Under the pieces are notes generated by a model. It was not told where the DNA came from. It did not search any database and was given only the letters and a program-made list of their open reading frames with translations. From Candidatus Zixiibacteriota bacterium (GTDB lineage: Bacteria > Zixibacteria > MSB-5A5 > GN15 > JAAZOE01), in assembly GCA_043819555.1 (NCBI GenBank), contig JBDREQ010000048.1:1-27870 (forward strand): a DNA stretch of 27,870 bases, read 5' to 3'. Shown in pieces: positions 16,801-25,400 of this stretch; within the stretch, counting starts at the first letter, position 1, and every line of letters begins with the position of its first letter. A program made the position numbers and the translations under genes.

Positions 16801-17656
16801 CGCTTTCAGGGAATATAATATTTCCAACGGCTATAACGGGTCGGGAGTTAATCGCATTCACTTTGGCACTGGTACCGAAGATCTTTTTGACTTAAGGCTT
16901 ATTTTCCCGTCTGGAGCCGTCTATGAACAAAGCGGGATAACGCCGGGAACGCATCTGACCATCTATGAATCCGGAGAAATTTCAGATTACTTGGTGTTAA
17001 TCCCCGGCAATTTTGATTTTGATTTCATGGAAGGCGACGCTGGCGAATCATCGCTACTCATGATTCGTAATTCGGCAGGAAATCCGATTGAATGGTTTGC
17101 AGAAACAAATGAGTCATGGTGTCAACTAAGTAAAAATTCGGGTGTGACCGATGACGAAATATCCATTACTGTTGATCCGTCACAATTGAGTGCCGGGTAT
17201 TATGAATCTAATATAACGATAACAGCCGAAGACGCGATTAATTCACCCCGCACCGTAACCGTTCGCATGACAATAGAAAGCAATCAGCCGATATTGGCCT
17301 TATCAACGGATAATTTATATTTTACGGCAGAGTATCTTGGTTTTAATCCATGGCAACAGTCAATTAATGTATTGAATGCAGGGCAGGGTACTCTTGATTG
17401 GACCCTGACGACTTCCGGTGAAGATTGGCTTGAGGTCCATCCATTATCAGGTACGGCCCCCACAAATGTAAAAGTTAACTGTAAAAGCTATCAATTAGAG
17501 CCGGGATTTTATACTTCAACAATCACAGTTACTTCACCGGAAGCGATTGGTAGTCCCGCACACCTTACCGTCAATTTGGAAGTAATTCCAGGTGATATCC
17601 CTGAAAGGGATACCGTACGAATTGAATCTGTAACGGTTGAGCCCGGGCAACAGTAG
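13874..17656 (+). CDS. Large secreted FG-GAP/VCBS propeller - ASPIC/UnbV-like - BACON protein, N-terminal part of a frameshifted gene
   Basis: GGAGG RBS; signal peptide; about 14 motifs of type (F/A)GDxDNDGDxDL in two blocks, each followed by an SNxxxIGxK...IH(I/F)GTG...FPSG segment and BACON-like repeat(s); ends at the beginning of a cohesin-like domain (RDTVRIESVTVEPGQQ). Confidence 0.85.
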   Translation: MNRGKIVSTIILMIFGYSFSFGAGLSFVNIATDPNSGLYYSDFSVGTAIFDFNNDGFDDIMVGNYAVNKNRLFMSNGDGTFTDVAELAGVATSVKTLGTATADIDANGFLDFLVFTEVSYSSGSSNPGYLYLNNGDQTFSDAGISEFVSSHGYVGYAAAFGDINRDGYLDVFYGGRMFQNDGNLNFTDVTLSTGIQSTGSISHAVFGDIDNDFDPDLIICRQYGGNTSLYLNDGTGIFTSGDHLLPGSPYGLGAIFGDIDNDGDLDLFLSYSNRMYLNDGSGQFSLDPNCDSYPRYTRGAMLADFDNDGDPDLLLPHEDGFPTYHENMGGGVFVDKSNEVGLINGESKAGGIAIGDFEGDGDLDFYIPKTDNLINPCYINQVNNNNSIVITPQGTISNFSGIGAKAYIYENGHIGDVDYQIGMAELASTSGWCSGTTGRIHIGTGSPGLFDVRVVFPSGVIVDDPGVASGSRVTVFESGEIPNFLYVSPGSRVLEMPLGADPEIVEFYITDSKSELIDWSAGSQTSFIEILASSGTTPATLQVRVNPSGLGLGNHTGQIIITSPDAINAPNIKITIVIHNRFLQNIAAESGLSHGDFSLGAAFFDYDLDGDDDIFVNNMNGQCRLYQSGGTIFEDVAVSSGVAADYHNLGVFGGDLNADDWPDILSFTEEKEVGFTYLNAGLGNFVDAQIQEFSTADGYNGYAASSADIDNDGDLDIFYGAKLFQNDGTFSFADFTEEAGLLNIPFTCRAVFGDVDNDGDMDIFMNRQNRAPSLLFINDGTGHFLESSYYKSSLGYFPTALGTSFGDVDSDGDLDMYTCAGYSDPNKLFINDGNGYFVDNTVQSGTSCTNYSRGSEFVDIDLDGDLDLIVANENRSAQLFINDGDGVFTEVTDVSGINDGLAKGGAVAAGDYDNDGDMDIYITRTDNIINSFFENKINSGQYITIQPVGIVSNRAAIGTKAYLYPSGQLGNPDALFAFREYNISNGYNGSGVNRIHFGTGTEDLFDLRLIFPSGAVYEQSGITPGTHLTIYESGEISDYLVLIPGNFDFDFMEGDAGESSLLMIRNSAGNPIEWFAETNESWCQLSKNSGVTDDEISITVDPSQLSAGYYESNITITAEDAINSPRTVTVRMTIESNQPILALSTDNLYFTAEYLGFNPWQQSINVLNAGQGTLDWTLTTSGEDWLEVHPLSGTAPTNVKVNCKSYQLEPGFYTSTITVTSPEAIGSPAHLTVNLEVIPGDIPERDTVRIESVTVEPGQQ

Positions 17657-17688
17657 AAGTTCCGATATACCTCCATAATATTACAGAA

Positions 17689-18909
17689 GTGGCAGCTTTT
17701 AGTATCCCCCTGAAGTTTGATAATACCGTTTTAATGTGCGATTCGATATCTTATGCCAATGCACGTGTTGATTATATAAACGTGGTGACATCGAATATTG
17801 ATTCAATCAATGGCCAGGTTCTTCTGGGAATGGTAGTGTTTTTTGAAGATAATCTTGCTCCCGGAGATGGCATTGTCGCGCGAATGTTCATGACAGTTTA
17901 TCCGGATGCGGAAGAGCAGGTATCGGTAATCGATACATTATTTTTTCCTCCGGGTGGTGAGTTTTTGCTTTTCGATCCTACTTCAGCTCAAATTATTCCG
18001 GAATTTGTAAAAAGCAATATCTTCATATCTCTCAATCCTGAAGGTGATGCCGACGGAAACGGTACAATCAATGTTGGAGACGCGGTATACCTTGTTAATT
18101 ATTGTTTCAAGGGACAGCGTCCGCCGATTCCAATTAATGCGGGCGATGCAAACACTGACGAGAATGTCAATGTCGGGGATGTAGTCTATCTGATAAATTA
18201 TATATTCCGGTATGGGCCGCCGCCGAATGCCAAGCCCAAAATATCCACTGCTCCGGTTTATTATTATACCGAGGAAATCCAGGGCGATAAGGGAACCGAA
18301 TTCAAGCTTTATCTTAATAGCGAAGTAGCCCTGGGCGGAGTCCAATGTCAATTCTCCGATAAAGGCGAATACTTAATTATCTCAGATATTCAAACCGGCG
18401 AACTTGTTGACGGGCTGGATTTATACGGAGGAAAGTCTGAAAATTCTTATCGATATGGCATTGTTGATTTGGAGGGCGCTGGCGAAGTACGACCGGGTGA
18501 AGGTTTATTGTTATCGCTGACGTATGATCGGGCTCTTGGCTTCGAAATGAATTCAGTTATGGCATTTGATAAATCCGGCAATGAATTACCGGCTTATAAT
18601 GGCCACGGCAATAAACCGGATATACTTCCATCATATTATAGTCTGAAACAGAATTATCCCAATCCTTTCAACCCATCGACGACGATTAAATACACAATTG
18701 CCAATGAAGGGATTATCAAACTATCAATTTATAATGTCCTTGGCCAAAAAGTCGTTGATTTGGTGAATGCCAATCAAAAGCCGGGCATGTATACGGTAAT
18801 TTGGGATGGTAACAACAGCGCCGGTGCTGCGGTCGCATCCGGAGTGTATTTCTATCGCCTTAAAACAAGTGAATATACTGATTCAAAAAAGATGATTCTT
18901 TTTAAATAA
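17689..18909 (+). CDS. C-terminal part of the same gene: cohesin-like, dockerin, second beta-sandwich and T9SS type A sorting domain
   Basis: Frame is open from 17641 (VEVPIYLHNITEVAAFSIPL from 17653); dockerin GDADGNGTINVGDAVYLVNY / GDANTDENVNVGDVVYLINYIF; CTD LKQNYPNPFNPSTTIKY...IYNVLGQKV...WDG...SGVYFYRL...KKMILFK. No signal peptide or clear RBS of its own. Confidence 0.8.
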   Translation: MAAFSIPLKFDNTVLMCDSISYANARVDYINVVTSNIDSINGQVLLGMVVFFEDNLAPGDGIVARMFMTVYPDAEEQVSVIDTLFFPPGGEFLLFDPTSAQIIPEFVKSNIFISLNPEGDADGNGTINVGDAVYLVNYCFKGQRPPIPINAGDANTDENVNVGDVVYLINYIFRYGPPPNAKPKISTAPVYYYTEEIQGDKGTEFKLYLNSEVALGGVQCQFSDKGEYLIISDIQTGELVDGLDLYGGKSENSYRYGIVDLEGAGEVRPGEGLLLSLTYDRALGFEMNSVMAFDKSGNELPAYNGHGNKPDILPSYYSLKQNYPNPFNPSTTIKYTIANEGIIKLSIYNVLGQKVVDLVNANQKPGMYTVIWDGNNSAGAAVASGVYFYRLKTSEYTDSKKMILFK

Positions 18910-18936
18910 ATCTGCCTCTGGGGGTGATTAGCGATG

Positions 18937-18971
18937 AAGAACCGGCTTATAGAATAGCCGGTTCTTTTTTT
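18937..18971 (+). terminator. Rho-independent terminator
   Basis: AAGAACCGGCT-N8-AGCCGGTTCTT followed by a T-run. Confidence 0.85.
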
Positions 18972-19069
18972 GGGAATTTATTAATGATTGACATTTTACT
19001 TTTTTTATTGAACTATTCAATGACGAAATATATTGATGATTTAGGGTATAGGAAGAGTAGAAATTATAG

Positions 19070-20332
19070 ATGAGTGGCTTTAAATTTATACATTGCTCTG
19101 ATTTGCATTTGGATGTCCCGTTTGCGGGAATTTTGTCATCCAACGATGAAATCGGCAAGATTCTAAGAGATGCTCCGCTTAAATCATATTTTAACATAGT
19201 GGAGCAGGCCATCAGGGAAAGAGTGAACTTTGTTGTTATTGCCGGAGATGTTTTCAATTCATCCGACAAAAGCATTCGCGCCCAGTTTTATTTTTATCGC
19301 GGATTGAAAAAACTTTCAGATAATGGTATCCCGGTATTTATCGCTCATGGGAATCATGATCCCCTCAATTGCTGGTCAAAAAAAATGAAACTCCCGGAAA
19401 ATGCATTTGTATTCGGATCCGAAAAGGCCAGCAGCCATGCGGTAACGGTCGATGGGGATTTAATCGCGCGGGTGTACGGGATTAGTTATGAAACTCGAGA
19501 TACAACCGAAAATCTCTCACTGAAATTTAAGCGGGAAGATGAATTACCGGCAATTGCGGTATTGCATTGCAATGTTGGAGAAAACACGGGGCATGAGTCA
19601 TACGCGCCGACTTCGGTAAGCGATATTCTCGCACGGGGATTCGATTATTGGGCGCTGGGGCATGTCCATAATTATAATATAATCAGAAAAGAAAATCCGG
19701 CAATTGTCTATCCGGGGAATATTCAAGCCGTCAAATCATCCGAACATGGCCCCAAAGGATACTGCCTGGTTGAATATACGCGCCGGTCGGGGTTTACCAT
19801 TGATTTTAGGCCGATTGACCTGGCTCGTTATGAATCACTGAGGATAGATATTAGTTCTTGTGAAGCAATTGAAGATATACCGGATGAAATAAATGAGCAA
19901 ATTGAAGAACTGATACAAAAATCGGATAATCGCCACTTAATAGTTTCTTTGGATGTTTACGGAAAGACAGCGCTGAATGCCGAATTAAGGCGGCGAGAGT
20001 TTGTACAGAACATTTTGGAAGATTTGCGCGATCAATTTGTGGATCGCGAACCGGCATTATGGGTAGATAAAATTCTTTTATCGACTGCCATCGAATATGA
20101 TATTGGCGCGATTCGAATGGAAAAGAGTTTTGCGAGCGACGTTATTTCTGCGTATGACTCGATACATTCAGGCGATCCGGATTTTATGAGCTTAATCCGC
20201 AACGAATTGAATTTGTTGTATAAAGATTGGCCGGGGAGTACTTTTTTGGAAACTCTTACAGATGAAGATATAAAGAAATTGTCTATCACGGCGCGTGATC
20301 GAACCCTGGAAAAAATACTGTCTGGCGATTAG
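19070..20332 (+). CDS. Mre11/SbcD-like metallophosphoesterase nuclease (YhaO family)
   Basis: FIHCSDLHLD, IAGDVFNS, HGNHD, DYWALGHVH, YPGNIQ; adjacent to a YhaN-like ATPase. Confidence 0.92.
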   Translation: MSGFKFIHCSDLHLDVPFAGILSSNDEIGKILRDAPLKSYFNIVEQAIRERVNFVVIAGDVFNSSDKSIRAQFYFYRGLKKLSDNGIPVFIAHGNHDPLNCWSKKMKLPENAFVFGSEKASSHAVTVDGDLIARVYGISYETRDTTENLSLKFKREDELPAIAVLHCNVGENTGHESYAPTSVSDILARGFDYWALGHVHNYNIIRKENPAIVYPGNIQAVKSSEHGPKGYCLVEYTRRSGFTIDFRPIDLARYESLRIDISSCEAIEDIPDEINEQIEELIQKSDNRHLIVSLDVYGKTALNAELRRREFVQNILEDLRDQFVDREPALWVDKILLSTAIEYDIGAIRMEKSFASDVISAYDSIHSGDPDFMSLIRNELNLLYKDWPGSTFLETLTDEDIKKLSITARDRTLEKILSGD

Positions 20333-20333
20333 T

Positions 20334-23030
20334 ATGATTATCAAGAGCGTACATATCAATGGCTTTGGCATTTTTTCGAATCGGTCGATTAACGGATTTG
20401 ACTACGGAATCAATGTTGTTTACGGACCAAACGAGTATGGTAAAAGCACTTTGCTCGAGTTTATGCGTAGAATATTGTTCGGCTTCCCTCGCGCAAGTAA
20501 GTCATTAAATCAATATTTGCCGGTGGATGGCGGCCAATATGGCGGTGTTCTCGTTTGCCGGCTGGCTTCCGGTGAAGACCTTCAGATATCGAGATTGTCT
20601 GGTAATGGAAAAAGTGATTTAAGTATTGCCGCGTCCGGTGAAGTTTATTCCGGGAATGATTCATTGCGCAAATTTACCGGAGCTATATCCGAAACTATTT
20701 TCAATAATGTTTATGCCTTTGGGTTGGATGAACTCCAGATTATAGAGTCATTGGAAAACGAAGAAATAAGCAATTTTATCTACGGAACCGGGCTGGGGCT
20801 TGGCAGGATATCATCGGTTACCATATCTCGCGAAATCTCCGAGTGGCAGGCCTCGTTTTACACAAAAGGCGGGCGGACCAAACCTATCTTGACCCAATTA
20901 TACAAACAGATGAATGAATTGCGAACAGAGATTAAAAGATGCCAGGATGAGATTGACCAGTACGATCGATTAATTCAGGATAGAGAAAACTACTCTGCCG
21001 AAGCGGATAAATTGAAAATCAAAATTGCTAAGGTGGAAGAAGAAAAGCAAAAACTTGAAGCGCTGTTAAAAATGTTTCCTGTCTTTCAGGAGATGAATAC
21101 CAGGCAAAAAGAGATCGGTGCTCTTCCGATATCATCGCGAATCTCAGGCGAGCAATTGAAGGAATGCGAGGCCTTATCATTAGAAATATCAAATGTGAAA
21201 TTAAGACATGAAGAATTAATTGAAGAGCAAAACAATCTGCTAATTCGAAAAAATCAAATCATTGTTAATCATTGCCTGCTCGAGCAAAAATCCGCAATTG
21301 AATCACTGAAAGCGCAGCTAAAAAGTTATCGTGATGCTATGCGCGATATAGCCCCTGTAAGCGATGAAAAGAGAGAACTGTCCGCTTCGATAGAATCGGA
21401 AATTATGCGCCTCGGCAACAAATGGTCAAGAGCTGCTGTTTTGGATTTTTCCCTCAGCATTAATGAGGAAAATAAAATTAAGGAATATAAAAAGCAACTG
21501 CAGGAGGCGGAATACTATCGTCGGCGAGCTAAGGAAATAGAATTTGAAGACAAGATAAAATCGGAAACTCAATCGGGGAGGTTACCTGATTTTCATAGAT
21601 TTATTTTATACTTATTATCTGGTTTGAGTTTAATTGGTTTTGTTGTCAGTTTAATATTGGGTAATATGCTGGCGATGGGAAGTACCGCGATTGTATTCTT
21701 ATTGAGCCTGCCAATAATTATAAAAGACATTATGGCGAAACAAGCAAATCCGGATTTGGCGAGTAAGGATAAAGAGGAAGGTGCAACGGACTCGGAAATC
21801 AATGAGTGGGAGATTACTTTATCTGAGTGGCGTAAGTATGCCGAAAAAATTGGATTTAATTGGGAATCTACTCCCGAGGCGGCGTTAGAGTACTTTTCGT
21901 CAATAAAGGACATTAAAAATAATATGAGGCTGGAAGCCAGTCTTCAGACCCGAATCAATCAGATGGATGAATCCATCGCGACGACCAGACAATTATTAAT
22001 ACCTGTGCTGGGAGCTTCGCAATCGGCAGACGGCAATACGGAAATATCAACAGCCATAGAAATTATTGGTAGAGAATTGAACGAAACCGAAACACAATTG
22101 CATGAACAAAATGGAATCATTGAGCAACTCAGGCAAATGAATTCCAAATCTGAAGCTCTGAATAAAAAATTAATGCAGCTGGAAAATGATTTATCCGAAT
22201 TATTCGCAAAAATAGGCGTAAATTCTTTAGGCGATGTGAAAGAACAATATAGAATGACGATGGAGAGAGATAGTTTATCTTCGGGGATAAAAACGTGCAA
22301 AGAGAAGATACAATTATCGGCCGGCTTGGGTACAAACTACGATTTATTTATCGACAATCTTAAATCCATGTCTCCGTCTGAAACCGCATCAAGGATTGAA
22401 AAACTGGGAAATCAAATAGGCGAACTAAATTCTGAAAAAACCCAAATAGAACAAAAAATTGGCGAATTGAGAGGCCGGATAAAAAGTATGAATACCAGGG
22501 ATGATTTATTGGCTGCTCAGTATAATTTGGAAAAAGTACGCCAGAACATGAAAGATAAAGCAGGAGAATGGGCGGTCGCGACTATCGCAAAAGCAGTATT
22601 TGAGAAAGTATTAAAGTCCGCTGAGAAGAATCGCCAGCCCAATGTCATTAAATCAGCGGCCCTGAATTTTGAGAAATTTACGGGAGGGAGATATAATAAT
22701 GTGTACAAACCGATCGATAATGATTCATTGCAAATTGAAGAATCAGGGACTCATAATAGAAAATCAGTCGATAAGTTAAGCCGGGGAACACGGGAACAGC
22801 TTTACCTTGCGATGCGGATGGGGCTGATCGAAGAATATGAAAAATCATCCGAGCCGATGCCGATTATATTCGATGATATATTCGCCAATTTTGACGATGA
22901 TCGGATTGCTTTAGCGGTACGGGCGATAAAAGAATTTTCTCAGAAGCGTCAAACCATAATCTTTACGTGCCATTCCCAAACGCGTGATTTATTTATGGAT
23001 TTGGGATTCAATCTCATAAATTTCGCATAG
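20334..23030 (+). CDS. Rad50/SMC-like coiled-coil ATPase (YhaN family) with central transmembrane hairpin
   Basis: Start ATG 20334, 1 nt after the upstream stop; INGFGIF, Walker A YGPNEYGKSTL, long coiled coil, signature LSRGTREQLYLAMR, Walker B IIFDDIFANFDDDR, FTCH. Confidence 0.92.
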   Translation: MIIKSVHINGFGIFSNRSINGFDYGINVVYGPNEYGKSTLLEFMRRILFGFPRASKSLNQYLPVDGGQYGGVLVCRLASGEDLQISRLSGNGKSDLSIAASGEVYSGNDSLRKFTGAISETIFNNVYAFGLDELQIIESLENEEISNFIYGTGLGLGRISSVTISREISEWQASFYTKGGRTKPILTQLYKQMNELRTEIKRCQDEIDQYDRLIQDRENYSAEADKLKIKIAKVEEEKQKLEALLKMFPVFQEMNTRQKEIGALPISSRISGEQLKECEALSLEISNVKLRHEELIEEQNNLLIRKNQIIVNHCLLEQKSAIESLKAQLKSYRDAMRDIAPVSDEKRELSASIESEIMRLGNKWSRAAVLDFSLSINEENKIKEYKKQLQEAEYYRRRAKEIEFEDKIKSETQSGRLPDFHRFILYLLSGLSLIGFVVSLILGNMLAMGSTAIVFLLSLPIIIKDIMAKQANPDLASKDKEEGATDSEINEWEITLSEWRKYAEKIGFNWESTPEAALEYFSSIKDIKNNMRLEASLQTRINQMDESIATTRQLLIPVLGASQSADGNTEISTAIEIIGRELNETETQLHEQNGIIEQLRQMNSKSEALNKKLMQLENDLSELFAKIGVNSLGDVKEQYRMTMERDSLSSGIKTCKEKIQLSAGLGTNYDLFIDNLKSMSPSETASRIEKLGNQIGELNSEKTQIEQKIGELRGRIKSMNTRDDLLAAQYNLEKVRQNMKDKAGEWAVATIAKAVFEKVLKSAEKNRQPNVIKSAALNFEKFTGGRYNNVYKPIDNDSLQIEESGTHNRKSVDKLSRGTREQLYLAMRMGLIEEYEKSSEPMPIIFDDIFANFDDDRIALAVRAIKEFSQKRQTIIFTCHSQTRDLFMDLGFNLINFA

Positions 23031-23078
23031 ATATTCAATCAACTCAATAATTCATTTGTTAATTCAGGATAAAGTAGT

Positions 23079-23864
23079 ATGCCCAATTTAAGTGATTCCG
23101 ATTATATATCGAGAGAATTAACGCTCAAAAGAACTCTCTCTATTGGCCATTCGGGACCTGATGTAAAAAAAGTCCAGGAGTGGGTGAACCTGCATGGAAT
23201 TGAATTAAACATTGATGGGGAATTTGGAGAACATACCAGAAGAGCAATCATAAAATTTCAATATGCCCATGGAATTCAAGAATCCGGACTGGTTGATGCA
23301 GATACTATTGACTGTTTGACTCTGCCGATGCGCCGGGCTATTGCATCAATTAGATTAAATAATTTATCCCCGAATCAAATGATAGCCTTATATGCAGAAC
23401 AGCATTTGCATGAAATGCCTCGGGAAATTGGAACTCAAAACTGCGGACCCTGGGTGCGGCTCTATATGAAAGGAAATGAAGGCCGGCAATGGTCATGGTG
23501 CGCCGGATTTGTCTCTTTTATTATTATGCAAGCGTATGCGAATACCTCTACTCGGTCTCCGCTCAATTATTCATTTTCCTGCGATGAACTGGCTCGTGAG
23601 TCATTGCGGAAAAATATATTTATATGTGAATCCCAAATAGTTAAAAATACTATTGAACCGGGAATGATATTTCTGAGAAGAAAAACAAGTTCGGATTGGG
23701 TGCATGCCGGAATTGTCATGTCCTTTGAGCTTGGTCATGTTTACACAATTGAAGGCAATACTAATAATGCCGGTCGCTATAATGGCGGTAGCGTCATGCG
23801 GAAAAGGCGGTCTATGAATAATATTGATTTAATAAATCTTGAATTGGCGGAGGTCAAACTGTAA
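23079..23864 (+). CDS. Peptidoglycan-binding domain plus CHAP amidase
   Basis: LSIGHSGPDVKKVQEW...DGEFGEHTRRAIIKFQ...GLVDADT (PG_binding_1-like); WCAGFVS, HAGIV, TIEGNT (CHAP Cys/His/Glu). Confidence 0.88.
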   Translation: MPNLSDSDYISRELTLKRTLSIGHSGPDVKKVQEWVNLHGIELNIDGEFGEHTRRAIIKFQYAHGIQESGLVDADTIDCLTLPMRRAIASIRLNNLSPNQMIALYAEQHLHEMPREIGTQNCGPWVRLYMKGNEGRQWSWCAGFVSFIIMQAYANTSTRSPLNYSFSCDELARESLRKNIFICESQIVKNTIEPGMIFLRRKTSSDWVHAGIVMSFELGHVYTIEGNTNNAGRYNGGSVMRKRRSMNNIDLINLELAEVKL

Positions 23865-23930
23865 ATATCATTGGCGAGATTAGTAAATTGTCATATATTG
23901 GCGCGGAAAATTCGTTTTGGAGTTTTGACC

Positions 23931-24533
23931 GTGAAGACGTTTCCGTACGAATATGAGTCTCGCAAGGAAATTCATTTTTATCCGGATCGACCAAATGATT
24001 TCTCCGCTCATTCATTGGAAATAGGTCCCGGGCGGGGTGATTTTTTATTGTCAATAGCTGAGAAATATCCGGACAGGAAATTTGTTGCTATTGAACTGGG
24101 CAAACGCCGCTTTTATAAAATGATTCCCCGCATTGAGAAGAAAGGACTGTCCAATATAATTCTTATTAATGGAAACGCCCAAATTGTAATAAATGAGTGT
24201 TTTGAGAAGGCGATATTTGATAAAATCTATATTCTGTTTCCTGATCCATGGCCGAAAAAACGCCACATCCCGCATCGATTAATGTCGATTGAGTTTATGC
24301 GTTTAATCACCGGACTATTAAAACCAGGAGGCTATCTTTATTCGGCTACAGATTACTGGCCTTACGCGATTTGGGCTGCCGATAATTTGAAGCAGATTAA
24401 AAGATTACAGAGCAAAGGCAAGCCATTGTTTACCAATATTGACGCAATTGATGATTATAGCCCATCATTTTTTGAGAAGAAATGGCGCGATGAAGGCCGA
24501 GCAATTTATTATATGAAGTATATGCGCAAATAG
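23931..24533 (+). CDS. trmB: tRNA (guanine-N7)-methyltransferase
   Basis: LEIGPGRGDF, VAIE, LFPDPWPKKRH, ATD, FEKKW; GTG start at 23931 has a GGAG RBS (track start 23871 is probably too long). Confidence 0.93.
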   Translation: MKTFPYEYESRKEIHFYPDRPNDFSAHSLEIGPGRGDFLLSIAEKYPDRKFVAIELGKRRFYKMIPRIEKKGLSNIILINGNAQIVINECFEKAIFDKIYILFPDPWPKKRHIPHRLMSIEFMRLITGLLKPGGYLYSATDYWPYAIWAADNLKQIKRLQSKGKPLFTNIDAIDDYSPSFFEKKWRDEGRAIYYMKYMRK

Positions 24534-24600
24534 AAAGTGAAAATTAAGCCGGCATAGAAAAATGATTAGCACTTATATATGATTCCCGACAGGAAGGCAT

Positions 24601-24627
24601 AAAAAAGGCGGCCAACTTGACCGCCTT
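24601..24627 (-). terminator. Rho-independent terminator of the PEP-CTERM gene
   Basis: AAAAAAGGCGGCCAA-C-TTGACCGCCTT hairpin with an A-run on the left. Confidence 0.7.
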
Positions 24628-24651
24628 AAAAATTCTATCTGATGTTTGATT

Positions 24652-25248
24652 CTATTTAAATCTACGATAAAATCCAAATCCGGCCAATCCGAGACCGATT
24701 AAAATAACGGTGCTTGGTTCTGGAATTGTTGTGGATGTAAAGACAGTTAATTTGATTTCTCTATTGAAATAATGGCAGTCCGGGTCAACCCCAAATCCAA
24801 ATACTCCGTCCGCTGAATATTGGTTAAAATCATCAAGTATTCCAAGATCAGCAAATGAGTATGTCAAATCAACGCCTGGGGGACCTCCAATTGGATCGCT
24901 CCAAACATCTATTAAGATGCCCTGGCCGGAAAAATAATCAGATCCAACGGCATTGCTTGGGGCCGGATCGCTGATCTGAAAAGTGCCGACCGGAGGATTG
25001 TCAAGCATATGAACATATAGCCAATTGTCTTCGTTAATCCAGTTGTAAATAGCCTTGAAGGTCAATTTGACATTGATAATCTGCTCTTCGGGAAAATCCC
25101 AGCTAATGCCCCAGGTATATGCCTGATCATGGGAAAGGTCCCATAAATCGGCCGGAGAAGGCTGAAAAGTGTACATTCCCGCATGAGATCCAACAGTCCC
25201 TGCCAACATCAGGAAGAGGGTCACTAAAATCGTCAGTTTTGCATTCAT
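24652..25248 (-). CDS. PEP-CTERM (exosortase-sorted) secreted protein
   Basis: Signal peptide MNAKLTILVTLFLMLAGTVGSHA; C-terminus IPEPSTVILIGLGLAGFGFYRRFK (PEP, TM helix, basic tail). Start 25248 (ATG) or 25263 (GTG). Confidence 0.93.
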   Translation of the reverse strand: MNAKLTILVTLFLMLAGTVGSHAGMYTFQPSPADLWDLSHDQAYTWGISWDFPEEQIINVKLTFKAIYNWINEDNWLYVHMLDNPPVGTFQISDPAPSNAVGSDYFSGQGILIDVWSDPIGGPPGVDLTYSFADLGILDDFNQYSADGVFGFGVDPDCHYFNREIKLTVFTSTTIPEPSTVILIGLGLAGFGFYRRFK

Positions 25249-25288
25249 AATCAAATTCCACAAAAGTTTAATTTTCTGTCCATATTAA

Positions 25289-25305
25289 AGCAAAAAGCGA
25301 GCCCA
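25289..25305 (-). promoter_or_regulatory. Sigma54 (-24/-12) promoter
   Basis: Minus strand TGGGCTCGCTTTTTGCT has GG-N10-GC with the GGCxCG...TTGC pattern, about 40 nt before the PEP-CTERM start. Confidence 0.7.
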
Positions 25306-25400
25306 TTTGCTATTTGATCTGAATATATAGTAAGTTGTTGTGAATCAGACGCATAGAATCTAAGCGCTGTCCCTCAGTTTGAGTCGATTTTGATGTGAAT

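Noticed and set aside
17654..17656. TAG read-through (pyrrolysine or recoding) joining the two surface-protein ORFs
   Set aside because: The downstream part is in a different frame, and TAG serves as a normal stop for rpmG, the yhaO/yhaN-like genes and trmB.
2938..23030. Helicase plus Mre11/Rad50-like pair as one archaeal-style repair cluster
   Set aside because: They are over 13 kb apart, separated by unrelated genes and terminators, and the helicase operator is not seen upstream of 19070.
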